Source: an uncultured Gammaproteobacteria bacterium
GTDB lineage: Bacteria > Patescibacteriota > Patescibacteriia > UBA9934
Assembly (NCBI GenBank): GCA_964582615.1
Contig: CAZORP010000002.1
Span: forward strand, 38,865 to 102,864
Reading direction: 5' to 3'
DNA length: 64,000 nucleotides
The position numbers and the translations under genes were made by a program. Positions 1-8,378 of this stretch are shown piece by piece. Numbering within the stretch: the first letter of the stretch is position 1; each line of letters begins with the position of its first letter. The notes beneath the pieces were generated by a model. It saw nothing but the letters and a program-made list of their open reading frames with translations. It did no database searches and had not been told where the DNA came from.

Positions 1-786
1 TCTTCTCAGCTCCAAAAACTTCAGGATATTTTGAAAAATCCAAAACAACGAGGAATTCTTGGGGAATATTACCTTGAAACACTCTTAAAAAACGTCCTTC
101 CTCCAGAAAGCTACGCCATGCAGTATAAACTTGGAAAAAATGGGGAGGGGAAGGATCTCATCCCTGATGCTGTGGTCTTCGTAAAAGACACTATTATTCC
201 CATCGATTCGAAGTTTTCCCTAGAAAACTACAATCGCTGCATTGAAAGCGAGCAACCAACCGACAAGGCGATGTACGAAAAGCTCTTTTTGAAAGATATT
301 AAGGGAAGAATCCAGGAAACCGCGCAGTATATTCAACCAGAAAAAGGAACTACCGATTTTGCGTTCATGTTTATTCCACACGAAGCTCTCTATTACGACC
401 TTCTTACAAATAAAATAGGGGGATCGGATGATGAAAGTGGTGAGAACATCCTCCAACGAGCCGCAAGTAAGTACCGCGTTATCCTCGTATCTCCCACAAA
501 TTTTCTCGCCTATCTACAGACCATCCTTCAGGCGCTTAACGCTCTCAAGATCGAAAAAAACGCCGAGGAGATTAAGAAATACGTCAAAGATCTTCATCGA
601 CATTTCTCTGCATTTGCCGATGTTCACGATCGCATGGGAAAGAATCTTAGCACTGCCGTAAGTCAATACAATCAATCCGCCGATGAACTTCGCAAATTAT
701 CACGCGATGTTCTCAAAATAACTTCAGGTGAAGTTGCCGAGCTTCCCGAAATGAAGAAACTCGAAAAGCCGGAACTTGGCGAATAA
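1..786 (+). CDS. rmuC: DNA recombination protein RmuC, C-terminal part; the ORF runs off the 5' window edge (frame 1 is open from base 1)
   Basis: Translation GEYYLETLLKNVLPPESYAMQYKLG...FMFIPHEALYYDLL matches the RmuC-family fold. No start codon lies inside the window, so the gene is truncated. Confidence 0.65.
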   Translation, partial: SSQLQKLQDILKNPKQRGILGEYYLETLLKNVLPPESYAMQYKLGKNGEGKDLIPDAVVFVKDTIIPIDSKFSLENYNRCIESEQPTDKAMYEKLFLKDIKGRIQETAQYIQPEKGTTDFAFMFIPHEALYYDLLTNKIGGSDDESGENILQRAASKYRVILVSPTNFLAYLQTILQALNALKIEKNAEEIKKYVKDLHRHFSAFADVHDRMGKNLSTAVSQYNQSADELRKLSRDVLKITSGEVAELPEMKKLEKPELGE

Positions 787-815
787 AAAAACTCCCCCAG
801 AAGGGGAGTTTTTCG
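785..815. terminator. Bidirectional rho-independent terminator between convergent rmuC and rpsT
   Basis: ACTCCCC-cagaa-GGGGAGT hairpin with an A-run on the 5' side and a T-run on the 3' side. Confidence 0.5.
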
Positions 816-1082
816 TTACTTAACCAAAGCGTTTAACTTCTTTGCTGCACGGCTCTTGATACGTGCCGCGGTGTTAAGCTTAACCACCTTTTTGGTTACC
901 GCCTTGTCGAGAGACTTGGTGAGATCGCTCATAAGCTTTTGAGCTTCAGCGAATTGCTTTGCTTCGAGGAGCTTGCGGAATGCGCGACGAACGTAGCTGA
1001 TGTGCTCACGAATCGCGGTGTTGCGCTCAGCGCGAACGATGCTTTGGCGAAGTGCCTTTTTAGCATTATTCAAATTTGGCAT
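816..1082 (-). CDS. rpsT: 30S ribosomal protein S20
   Basis: 88-aa basic protein MPNLNNAKKALRQSIVRAERN...AARIKSRAAKKLNAL, typical S20 sequence and length. Confidence 0.9.
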   Translation of the reverse strand: MPNLNNAKKALRQSIVRAERNTAIREHISYVRRAFRKLLEAKQFAEAQKLMSDLTKSLDKAVTKKVVKLNTAARIKSRAAKKLNALVK

Positions 1083-1125
1083 AGAAAAGTGTTGAAAGGA
1101 TAGCCAAATTCTTTAAGCTCGTCAA

Positions 1126-2106
1126 CTAGGAAGCTTTTCTTATGGAAAGAAAGAGCGCCGCGAGTCTTCTTGCGAGGATGTCGGCATCACCACCATATTT
1201 TGCTGAGAGATCCCACGAGCAGACTTCCGCATACGCGCTCTCAAGACGATGAATATCAATAAATTTTGCAGAGGTTAGCGCTTTTTGAACAACAAATGGG
1301 TGGATATCGAGAATCTTCGCGATATCTTGTGGCGAGTTTTTTTCTTGAGAAAGTTTTACAACCTCAAGAAGAACCCTTGCGTGACGCAAAAAACCACCAA
1401 GAAGGGCATATCCATCAGATCCCGAGGAAAACTCTCGTTCCAAGCGATTAAGGAAGCTTGCAGGGGTATCCTGCGTGCTTGCATCCATAAGCCCAAAGAA
1501 ATCTCCCGTTATCGTTCTTGGCGAAAGTCGCTCACACATTTCTGTCGTACAAGCACCTCCACGCGCATATGCGGAGAGCTTCTCAATTTCATGCGCAAGA
1601 AGCTCTGTCTCAGTCCCTACGCGATCGATGAGCATTTGTGCAACCTCTGGAGAGCACGAAGATCCAAGCGCCTGCATTCTTGCCTGAACCCACGCCTTTC
1701 GTTCCTGTGAAGTAAGCTCCTCAATGGGAAACATCTTTTGTCTATCGCGAGAAATATCTCCCGCCATCCATGCCACGAGCGGCATTTTTTCTAAGGCTTT
1801 TTTATCTTCGTACTCTACAAAACAAAGAACCGTTTCAATATCTTTTCGAAGAAGTGCCTCTTGCCAAAATGGAAGATCCGCCTTCTTTACTTCATCAAGA
1901 AGACCAAAGAGTACGACGTATCTTTTCTGCGCTAAAAATGGTGCGGCCTGTATACGCAACACAATTTCTTCTCGTGAAAGATCTTTGCAAAAAACCCTTT
2001 CGCCATTAAGGCGCTGAGGGTCATATTTTTCAAAAAATTTTTCAAGAAGATCGTCTGCATGTCGACGAACACGGTAACGATCCTTTCCAAAGACAAAGAG
2101 AAACAT
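1126..2106 (-). CDS. holA: DNA polymerase III delta subunit (HolA-like)
   Basis: 326 aa with an N-terminal AAA-like delta fold (RYVVLFG, clamp-loader delta pattern), immediately adjacent to polA. Confidence 0.55.
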   Translation of the reverse strand: MFLFVFGKDRYRVRRHADDLLEKFFEKYDPQRLNGERVFCKDLSREEIVLRIQAAPFLAQKRYVVLFGLLDEVKKADLPFWQEALLRKDIETVLCFVEYEDKKALEKMPLVAWMAGDISRDRQKMFPIEELTSQERKAWVQARMQALGSSCSPEVAQMLIDRVGTETELLAHEIEKLSAYARGGACTTEMCERLSPRTITGDFFGLMDASTQDTPASFLNRLEREFSSGSDGYALLGGFLRHARVLLEVVKLSQEKNSPQDIAKILDIHPFVVQKALTSAKFIDIHRLESAYAEVCSWDLSAKYGGDADILARRLAALFLSIRKAS

Positions 2107-2108
2107 AG

Positions 2109-4811
2109 CTACTCAATCTCTCCCCATGATCGGCCACTTGCAACATCGACCACAAGAGGCACTGAAAACTTTGAAACCACCTTGCTCATACTCTCGCGAA
2201 CAATCGCCTCAACGCGATCCCTGTCTTCCTCGTGAACTTCAAAAATAATTTCATCATGCACCTGTAGAATAAGTCTTGCTCGCAAACCCTCAGCTAAAAT
2301 AGTGTTCACACAAGAAATCATGGCCATTTTCATGATATCAGCCTGCGTTCCTTGAATGGGCATGTTCATCGCCATACGCTCCGCCGCGGCAACAAGCTGA
2401 GGAACTCCCGAAGTGATATCAGGAAGATATCTTCGACGGCCAAATATCGTCTGAACGTATCCCTCCGTACGCGCCTTGAGTTTCATGGCGTCAATGTAAG
2501 ATTGGATACCGGGATGAACTGCAAAGTACTTGGCAATAAATGCACGCGCCTCTTCAAATTGCATACCCGTTGATTTTGCTAGCGCGCGTGGACCTACACC
2601 GTAGAGAATGCTAAAGTTGATCGCCTTCGCGGCGGCTCGTTGCTCTTTTGTTACTGCCTCTTCAGAAATATTCCACACCTCAGCGGCCGTTCTTCGATGG
2701 ACGTCAGCGCCATCAAGAAAAGCACGTATAAGAGCTTCATCTTTTGCGAGTTCAGCGGCAAGACGAAGTTCTATTTGAGAATAGTCCGCAGAAAGAAGAA
2801 GGTGTTTTTCGGGCGCAATAAATGCATGACGAATGCGCCGTCCAAGCTCAGTTCTTACAGGAATATTTTGCAAGTTTGGATTTGAGGAAGAGAGCCTTCC
2901 CGTAGCGGCAATTGTTTGATTGAACTGCGCATGAATTCTTCCGTCTTCATGAACTAATTGCGGGAGAACCTCGATGTACGTAGAGGAAAGCTTTGCGAGC
3001 TCTCGATAGTCTTCGATGCGCGCAATGATGGGGTGCAAATCCCAAAGTTTCTCAAGCTCAGGAGCCGCAGTGGAAAATCCTGTTTTAGTTTTTTTAATGC
3101 CCTTTGTAGGGAGTTGGAGTTTTTCAAAAAGAATATCCGCAAGCTGTGATGGGGAATTGATATTAAAAACACCCCCTGCAAGTTCGTGAATTTCTTTCGT
3201 TAAGCGATCAAGTTCATGAAGGCAGTGCTGAGAAAGCTTCGAGAACATGCCACGATCAACAAGAATTCCAGCCCTCTCCATACCGTAAAGAACCGAGATG
3301 AGCGGCATTTCAGTCTGAAGATAGAGATCCTCCATACCTTGCTCGTGAAGAAGCTCTCGAAGAACTCCCCCAAGACGCGCAAGTCCAAGAGACTGATCAT
3401 GAAGAGACGACACTTGAATGTGCAGATAGTCAAGAATGATTCCCTCGAGAGGAAAAGTTCTTCCCGATGAATTGAGCATGTACGCTATAACCTCTGTATC
3501 GTAAAGGCGTTGATGTTCTTGAAGAATCTTCGAAGAGACATTCGCGAGATCGAGCGCCCGAAAGAACGCCTTTGCCCCATGAATAACAACGTTTTCTGCT
3601 TGCCCAAGAACGCGCAGTGCCTGCTCGATAATTTCCAGCGATGGGTGCTCAGCAATCCATAGGCGCTTACCATCAGAGAGCATGAGCGATCGAAATACGC
3701 CACCAAACATGTCAGGTTGCTGAATATCTGCAAGAATACTTATCCATGGACCCATGACCCCCTCAGGTGTTGCAACGGTAATGGCTCCAATAGCATCTGG
3801 TGATGATGATTTTTTTTGGGGAACCTGCTCTTGAGTCACCACCGCTTCATCCGAACTTCCTCCATACTTCTTTTCAAGCGCAGAGAATGCGAGGTCGGAA
3901 AAAAGTGCACGCAAGCGAGCGGTATCTTTCTCTTGAAAAAGCGCGCGATCAAAGACACCCTCATCCAGAGGAACCGTTCGAACAACCTCAACCATTCTAC
4001 GCATGAGACGAAGATGATCTTCATTTCCAAGAATTTTTTTTGCAAATTTTTCAGGAACTTCCCCGCGTTCAAGAGCAAGGAGAAGCTCCGTTGTTGTACC
4101 AAATGTTCTTACAAGTTCCTGGGCGGCTTTTTCTCCCAATCCTACGATTCCGGGAAGATTATCTGAGGAATCACCCATAATAGCCTTCATTTCAGGAAGC
4201 AGACGAGGGGAAACTCCGTACTTTTTCTCAACTTCCTGCACGTTATAAAGTACGGTCTGTGAAATTCCTTTCACAAAAAAGAGGACGTGAACATTTTCTC
4301 CAACAAGTTGAAGTGCATCGCGATCTCCCGTGACGATATATACCGGCATTTCCTGACCACGATAGTGCTCGGCGAGTGTTGCCAAAACATCGTCAGCTTC
4401 AAAACCTTCGGCGCTTACGGAAGGAATCCCATACGCTTGAAGGACCTCTTGAATGCGAGGAATTTGCTCATAAAGCTCATCAGCCTTTTTTTCTCGCTGT
4501 GCCTTGTAGGGAACATAGAGCTCGTGACGGAATGTTCCCCCGGGAAGATCCCAAGCAACCACAATACCCGAAGGGCTGTAGGTTGAAAGAAGCCTTTCGA
4601 TGATCATCGTAAAGCCATATACCGCATTAACCATACGCCCATCACGCGTTGTTAGCGGAGGAATAGCATGCCACGCACGGTGAAGGAGTGCGTTTCCATC
4701 AAGAAGGAGAAGGGGAGCTTGAGATGCCATATTGGCAGGAGCATAACAAAAAAGAGAATTTCTTGCCTCTTTTTGGAAAAGTATGCTACCATCTTGCTCG
4801 GTAAATGCCAT
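2109..4811 (-). CDS. polA: DNA polymerase I
   Basis: 900 aa. 5'-3' exonuclease motifs (LLLLDGNALLHRAWHA) and polymerase motifs (RRAAKAINFSILYGVGPRALA, LQVHDEIIFEV). Confidence 0.95.
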   Translation of the reverse strand: MAFTEQDGSILFQKEARNSLFCYAPANMASQAPLLLLDGNALLHRAWHAIPPLTTRDGRMVNAVYGFTMIIERLLSTYSPSGIVVAWDLPGGTFRHELYVPYKAQREKKADELYEQIPRIQEVLQAYGIPSVSAEGFEADDVLATLAEHYRGQEMPVYIVTGDRDALQLVGENVHVLFFVKGISQTVLYNVQEVEKKYGVSPRLLPEMKAIMGDSSDNLPGIVGLGEKAAQELVRTFGTTTELLLALERGEVPEKFAKKILGNEDHLRLMRRMVEVVRTVPLDEGVFDRALFQEKDTARLRALFSDLAFSALEKKYGGSSDEAVVTQEQVPQKKSSSPDAIGAITVATPEGVMGPWISILADIQQPDMFGGVFRSLMLSDGKRLWIAEHPSLEIIEQALRVLGQAENVVIHGAKAFFRALDLANVSSKILQEHQRLYDTEVIAYMLNSSGRTFPLEGIILDYLHIQVSSLHDQSLGLARLGGVLRELLHEQGMEDLYLQTEMPLISVLYGMERAGILVDRGMFSKLSQHCLHELDRLTKEIHELAGGVFNINSPSQLADILFEKLQLPTKGIKKTKTGFSTAAPELEKLWDLHPIIARIEDYRELAKLSSTYIEVLPQLVHEDGRIHAQFNQTIAATGRLSSSNPNLQNIPVRTELGRRIRHAFIAPEKHLLLSADYSQIELRLAAELAKDEALIRAFLDGADVHRRTAAEVWNISEEAVTKEQRAAAKAINFSILYGVGPRALAKSTGMQFEEARAFIAKYFAVHPGIQSYIDAMKLKARTEGYVQTIFGRRRYLPDITSGVPQLVAAAERMAMNMPIQGTQADIMKMAMISCVNTILAEGLRARLILQVHDEIIFEVHEEDRDRVEAIVRESMSKVVSKFSVPLVVDVASGRSWGEIE

Positions 4812-4886
4812 GGCGGCTATAGCTCAATGGTAGAGCACTGGGTTGTGGTCCCAGCTACACGAGTTCGATCCTCGTTAGTCGCCCCA
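4812..4886 (+). tRNA. tRNA-His (anticodon GTG) with encoded G-1 and CCA
   Basis: Cloverleaf by hand. G-1 pairs with discriminator C73, acceptor GCGGCTA/TAGTCGC, anticodon loop TTGTGGT, T-arm ACGAG-TTCGATC-CTCGT, 3' CCA. Abuts the polA start codon. Confidence 0.8.
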
Positions 4887-4887
4887 G

Positions 4888-4921
4888 AAAAAACCCTCGA
4901 TGAATTTCGAGGGTTTTTTCT
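4888..4921 (+). terminator. Rho-independent terminator after tRNA-His
   Basis: CCCTCGA-tgaattt-TCGAGGG stem followed by TTTTTTC. Confidence 0.6.
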
Positions 4922-4986
4922 TTAAATTTGGCAAACATCATCCACCGATAACGTATTATTGGTTATCGGTATCGAATAAAAACAAA

Positions 4987-5040
4987 AGCGCACCCGGTAA
5001 GAGCGGCGAGCCGGATGGCTTCTGCCGCGCGGGTGCGCGA
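4987..5040 (-). terminator. GC-rich hairpin plus T-tract on the minus strand, downstream of the islet lipoprotein gene
   Basis: GCGCACCCG...CGGGTGCGC 9-bp stem; on the minus strand it is followed by TTTTGTTTTTATT. Confidence 0.4.
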
Positions 5041-5045
5041 GATGT

Positions 5046-5840
5046 CTACTCGACGATGGTGTAGCTGACCTTGTTATCGATGCCCGACCAGTCCCAGACG
5101 ATGTTGCCCGTGGTAGCATCCGTCCACTGCGAGTTGCCGAGGATGATGCTGATCGTGGATCCCACGGGGATGGTCTCGGTCGCAGTGAAGTCAAACTGGA
5201 TGATCTTGGTCGTGCCCGCGCTGACGTGGATCGTGCTCATGTTCCCGTTCACGCCGTTGAGCGGCGATCCCTGGTTGCTCACCTCATCCTTCCATACGTA
5301 GATGAGGTTGTTCACTTGCTGATCCAGGTCGTAGGGGCTGAACGTGATCCCGTCCGTGACGCTGGTGAAGTACATGGGGATGTTGCTGAGAGCGAGGTCG
5401 TCGATCCAGCAGACACCCGCTTCACACACCGAGTCCTGGACTTCGAACAGCGCGAGGTTCAGGTCGATGTCCCCGCACTCCAGCGCCGTCACCGCGATCT
5501 GATAGCGCGCCATCTCGCCCTGACGGATCTCGACGGCTGTATCGCCGATGTTGGAGAAGACCGCGAGCGATTCGGTCTCCACGTCGGGATTGGCGTACGG
5601 CTGGTTAACCAGGAAGCCGCACTCGTCGGAGGAGACGGGCTCGTCGCTCGCATCCTCTTCGGTCGTGGCGGTGTCGGTGGGATCCTCGGCTTCCACGCCC
5701 TCCTCGTTCGTCTCCGGCTCGCCACCGGTGACATCCGAGTTGGACGTGACGGGGGCGGCATCCTCGGTCTTCTGCGGCGCGAGGTTGTACTCGGAGCAGG
5801 CGGCGAGCAGGGGGAAAGAAACGGGGAGAATGGAACGCAT
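5046..5840 (-). CDS. Predicted secreted lipoprotein (lipobox LLAAC), acidic low-complexity linker plus beta-rich C-terminal domain; sits in a G+C-rich islet
   Basis: N-terminus MRSILPVSFPLLAACSE. GGAG ribosome-binding site 8 nt upstream. G+C is much higher than in the flanks, and ORFs are open on all frames across the locus. Confidence 0.55.
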   Translation of the reverse strand: MRSILPVSFPLLAACSEYNLAPQKTEDAAPVTSNSDVTGGEPETNEEGVEAEDPTDTATTEEDASDEPVSSDECGFLVNQPYANPDVETESLAVFSNIGDTAVEIRQGEMARYQIAVTALECGDIDLNLALFEVQDSVCEAGVCWIDDLALSNIPMYFTSVTDGITFSPYDLDQQVNNLIYVWKDEVSNQGSPLNGVNGNMSTIHVSAGTTKIIQFDFTATETIPVGSTISIILGNSQWTDATTGNIVWDWSGIDNKVSYTIVE

Positions 5841-5947
5841 GATAAACTCCGGGGGTTGAACCCAAGGGCGAAATGCCCATCTCTAGCCACCACAACATGG
5901 TGAATACAGATGGACACATTGCCTTAGGACCTCATCCCGAACTAGAA

Positions 5948-5976
5948 AATATAGCAAAAAAATGCACTTTTGTCAA
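5948..5976 (-). promoter_or_regulatory. Near-consensus sigma70-type promoter (TTGACA-17-TATATT) reading toward the islet lipoprotein gene
   Basis: Minus strand reads TTGACAaaagtgcatttttttgcTATATT. Confidence 0.4.
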
Positions 5977-6011
5977 TCAAAAATATCGTAAAAAAACTAA
6001 TAACTGATAAC

Positions 6012-6048
6012 GTTTTTCATAAAAAAACACCAAAAAAATTTGGTGTTT
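6012..6048 (-). terminator. Terminator hairpin 3' of tRNA-Arg
   Basis: AACACC-aaaaaaattt-GGTGTT with a T-run on the minus strand. Confidence 0.4.
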
Positions 6049-6050
6049 TG

Positions 6051-6127
6051 TGGTGCCTCGGGCAGGAATTGAACCTGCGACCTTGAGCTTAGAAGTCTCC
6101 TGCTCTATCCAACTGAGCTACCGAGGC
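6051..6127 (-). tRNA. tRNA-Arg (anticodon TCT) with encoded CCA; the anticodon stem has two terminal mismatches
   Basis: Reverse complement reads GCCTCGG-TA-GCTC-AGTTGGATA-GAGC-A-GGAGA-CTTCTAA-GCTCA-AGGTC-GCAGG-TTCAATT-CCTGC-CCGAGGC-A-CCA. Confidence 0.7.
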
Positions 6128-6175
6128 AAAAACAGGCTGAGTGTACGTGGTTTTTGCCAGGAGTACAATACCTCC

Positions 6176-6514
6176 ATGCTCACAACCGCCATCATTCTTT
6201 TTGGGGGACTTTTTGGCCTTGCGTTTCTTGGGGCACGTTTTCATGTTGTGCCTATCGCGCATTCGGCAATCTTCATAGCACTCGCTCTTTGCGGAATTGT
6301 CATCACATTTTCTCTCGCGCAAAAAAAATCTCGCACCATCCTTCCCAAGCAAAAATCATTCAATCCCATGGAAAAAAAATCCCAATCCCAATCCCAATCC
6401 CAATCCCAATCCCAATCCCAATCCCAGTCCGACGACCACGATCCATACCTCACCGATCTACTTGCACGCTTTGCGCGGCACCACGAATCTCAAGAAATCA
6501 AAAAAGAAGGTTAG
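6176..6514 (+). CDS. Small two-pass membrane protein with a C-terminal (SQ)8 repeat
   Basis: ATG at 6176 is in frame with the long ORF whose 5' part overlaps the tRNA. Translation MLTTAIILFGGLFGLAFLG...KKSQSQSQSQSQSQSQSDDHDPYLTDLL. Confidence 0.4.
   Translation: MLTTAIILFGGLFGLAFLGARFHVVPIAHSAIFIALALCGIVITFSLAQKKSRTILPKQKSFNPMEKKSQSQSQSQSQSQSQSQSDDHDPYLTDLLARFARHHESQEIKKEG
6378..6425 (+). repeat. Perfect hexanucleotide microsatellite (AATCCC/CCCAAT) x8 inside a coding region
   Basis: Direct read: aatcccaatcccaatccc..., 48 nt, encodes SQSQSQ. Confidence 0.95.
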
Positions 6515-7470
6515 TCCTTCTTTTTTCGTTCAGCATCATGAAATGCCTGATGAATTCGTTTAAGCTCTCGGTCAGTGACGTGCGTATACACCTGCGTTGT
6601 CGTGATCGACTCGTGGCCTAACATGGTTTGAACCGCGCGAATATCCGCGCCGTTACGCAAAAGATCCGTAGCAAACGTATGTCGAAGCGTATGTGGAGTT
6701 ACCGGCTTCGTAATGCCCGCCATTCGCGCATAGCGATCAACAAGACGCTGTACCGAACGAGGTGTAAGCGGCTTAGAAACGTCTCCCGCTTGAGATCCGC
6801 GACGCGCCTTGTCGTGACGAACAAAGAGAAAAGGCGCCACATCATCACGCTTTGCAAGATATGTTTTAATGGCATCCTTCGCCTCTCCTGAGAGAAATAC
6901 AAGGCGGTGTTTTTTACCTTTTCCAAGAACGGTAAATTCATCTCTCTCGAGGTTAATATGCTCAATGCGAAGTCCCGCAAGTTCCGAAACACGAAGTCCA
7001 GTAGAGAAAAAGAGCTCAAGAATGGCGCGATCACGATAGCCAAGAATCGTAGGGTCTTTCGACGGCTCATCAAGAATACGACGAAGTTCATCGCGCTCAA
7101 GAAACTCCACACTTCGAGATCCCTGCTTTGCAAGTTCGATTTTCTCGGGAGAAAGGGTTTTAACGTCGCGCTTTGCGAGATATTTTAAAAATGCCCGCAA
7201 GGCAATGAGGTGATAGTTTTGCGTGGCCTTGGCAAGCGAAGCGTCTTCACGACCAGCGATGTCTCGATTTAAAAATAAGCGAAAGTTTCTCACCATTTCA
7301 GCATCAATTTCCAGCGGAGCAGGGGACTTTGCCCATGTACTAAAGCGGCTCAAATAAAACCCGTAGTTTTTTACGGTCTTTTCCGAACGCCCACGCTCGA
7401 TTTCGAGATATTCAAGAAATTCTTTAATAAACGGCTCAAGACGCTTTCCCATAGGCTTACAGTATAGCAC
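6511..7470 (-). CDS. xerC: Tyrosine site-specific recombinase, XerC/XerD family
   Basis: 319 aa. C-terminal catalytic region reads LRHTFATDLLRNGADIRAVQTMLGHESITTTQVYTHV; a SAM-like N-terminal domain is present. Confidence 0.85.
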   Translation of the reverse strand: MLYCKPMGKRLEPFIKEFLEYLEIERGRSEKTVKNYGFYLSRFSTWAKSPAPLEIDAEMVRNFRLFLNRDIAGREDASLAKATQNYHLIALRAFLKYLAKRDVKTLSPEKIELAKQGSRSVEFLERDELRRILDEPSKDPTILGYRDRAILELFFSTGLRVSELAGLRIEHINLERDEFTVLGKGKKHRLVFLSGEAKDAIKTYLAKRDDVAPFLFVRHDKARRGSQAGDVSKPLTPRSVQRLVDRYARMAGITKPVTPHTLRHTFATDLLRNGADIRAVQTMLGHESITTTQVYTHVTDRELKRIHQAFHDAERKKKD

Positions 7471-7539
7471 TACGCGTCGTAAAAGATTACCGACTTGAAA
7501 TATGCGGAAAAATTTGCTAGGGTTAGCTACGGAGGTGCA

Positions 7540-7911
7540 ATGTCTCAGACCGAGAGGGCTCTAGCCCTCATCGTGGCGGTCGTTTGGCTAGCGATCGCCG
7601 CATTCAACGCGGCCGCGGGGGTCTCGGTTGGGACCCTCGCAAAAAACGTCGCCAAGGCGATCGCCACAGCCTTGGCTTTTTTCTTCGCCCTCACCTTGAG
7701 CGCCCTCGTGGCGTATGGGGTGGGTTACGAAGGAGTTTCCTTCTTTGGTCACCTGTGGGTGGCCAAAGAGATCTCGTGGGAGGCGGCCAAGTGTGGGACG
7801 GCCGTCTCCCTCATCACCGCCCTCGTCGCCGGCGTTTACACGCTGGCGACGATCGCCGGGTTGCTCGAAAGAGTGCCCGGCAAAAGCTTCCCGTCCCACA
7901 GGGAAGCCTAG
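7540..7911 (+). CDS. Small Ala/Val/Gly-rich polytopic membrane protein in G+C-rich islet 2; start uncertain (7495 or 7540)
   Basis: Translation MSQTERALALIVAVVWLAIAAFNAAAGVSVG.... Elevated G+C with ORFs open on several frames; followed by a strong terminator. Confidence 0.4.
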   Translation: MSQTERALALIVAVVWLAIAAFNAAAGVSVGTLAKNVAKAIATALAFFFALTLSALVAYGVGYEGVSFFGHLWVAKEISWEAAKCGTAVSLITALVAGVYTLATIAGLLERVPGKSFPSHREA

Positions 7912-7914
7912 GGT

Positions 7915-7952
7915 CTCACCCGATGTCGCATCTGCGTCATCGGGTCTTTTTT
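7915..7952 (+). terminator. Rho-independent terminator
   Basis: CACCCGATG-tcgcatctgcgt-CATCGGGT plus TCTTTTTT. Confidence 0.6.
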
Positions 7953-7983
7953 ATTGACGTTTTTTCTTTTCTTTTGTATACTC
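7953..7983 (+). promoter_or_regulatory. Candidate promoter for rpsO (TTGACG-19-TATACT)
   Basis: Hexamers read directly from the sequence; spacer slightly long. Confidence 0.3.
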
Positions 7984-8065
7984 TTACCGTCATTCTTATC
8001 ATGATTTTTTGTCTTGGTTTGGGGGTTGAGCTCCCTTTACTCAGCAAATAATCCATCTATGTCCT

Positions 8066-8332
8066 ATGCTCGCTAAAGAAAAAAAGGCAAAACTTATTAA
8101 GAAATTCCGAACGCACGATGCGGACACGGGATCCCCTCAGGTACAGGTAGCTATCCTTACCGAAGAAGTAAAGGAGCTTACCGCGCACCTCAAAACTCAC
8201 CGCAAGGACTTCAGCTCTCGCCGAGGATTGCTCAAGAAGGTCGCAGAACGCCGCCGCTTGCTCAAGTATCTCGAACGCGAAGATGCAAAAGCCTACGCAG
8301 AACTCATCGAGGCCTTGAACCTCAAGAAATAG
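8066..8332 (+). CDS. rpsO: 30S ribosomal protein S15
   Basis: 88 aa, ...GSPQVQVAILTEEVKELTAHLKTHRKDFSSRRGLLKKVAERRRLLKYL... Confidence 0.9.
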   Translation: MLAKEKKAKLIKKFRTHDADTGSPQVQVAILTEEVKELTAHLKTHRKDFSSRRGLLKKVAERRRLLKYLEREDAKAYAELIEALNLKK

Positions 8333-8338
8333 TAGAAG

Positions 8339-8368
8339 CCCCGCTCTTTGCCGAGTGGGGTTTTCTTC
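8339..8368 (+). terminator. Terminator or processing hairpin downstream of rpsO
   Basis: CCCCGCTC-tttgcc-GAGTGGGG (one G-U pair) plus TTTTCTTC. Confidence 0.4.
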
Positions 8369-8378
8369 ATATTTACCT

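Noticed and set aside
5226-5919. Several long ORFs on both strands (5226-5903 +, 5489-5917 -, 5548-5859 +, 5605-5919 -) overlapping the islet lipoprotein gene
   Set aside because: They are by-products of high G+C, which leaves few stop codons. Only the 5046-5840 minus frame has a signal peptide with lipobox, a ribosome-binding site, and promoter and terminator signals.
6050-6175. 5' part of the 154-aa ORF 6050-6514
   Set aside because: It overlaps tRNA-Arg on the opposite strand. Only the portion from the ATG at 6176 is considered a possible gene.
6378-6425. Possibility that the short tandem repeat is a CRISPR array
   Set aside because: It is a 6-nt unit microsatellite with no spacers. No CRISPR repeat-spacer architecture or cas genes occur anywhere in the window.
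7584-8051. Alternative ORFs in G+C-rich islet 2 (7584-8051 +, 7588-7899 -, 7715-7957 +)
   Set aside because: These are Arg/Gly/Pro-rich translations typical of off-frame G+C-rich DNA, and they read through the terminator hairpin. The hydrophobic 7495/7540-7911 frame is more protein-like.
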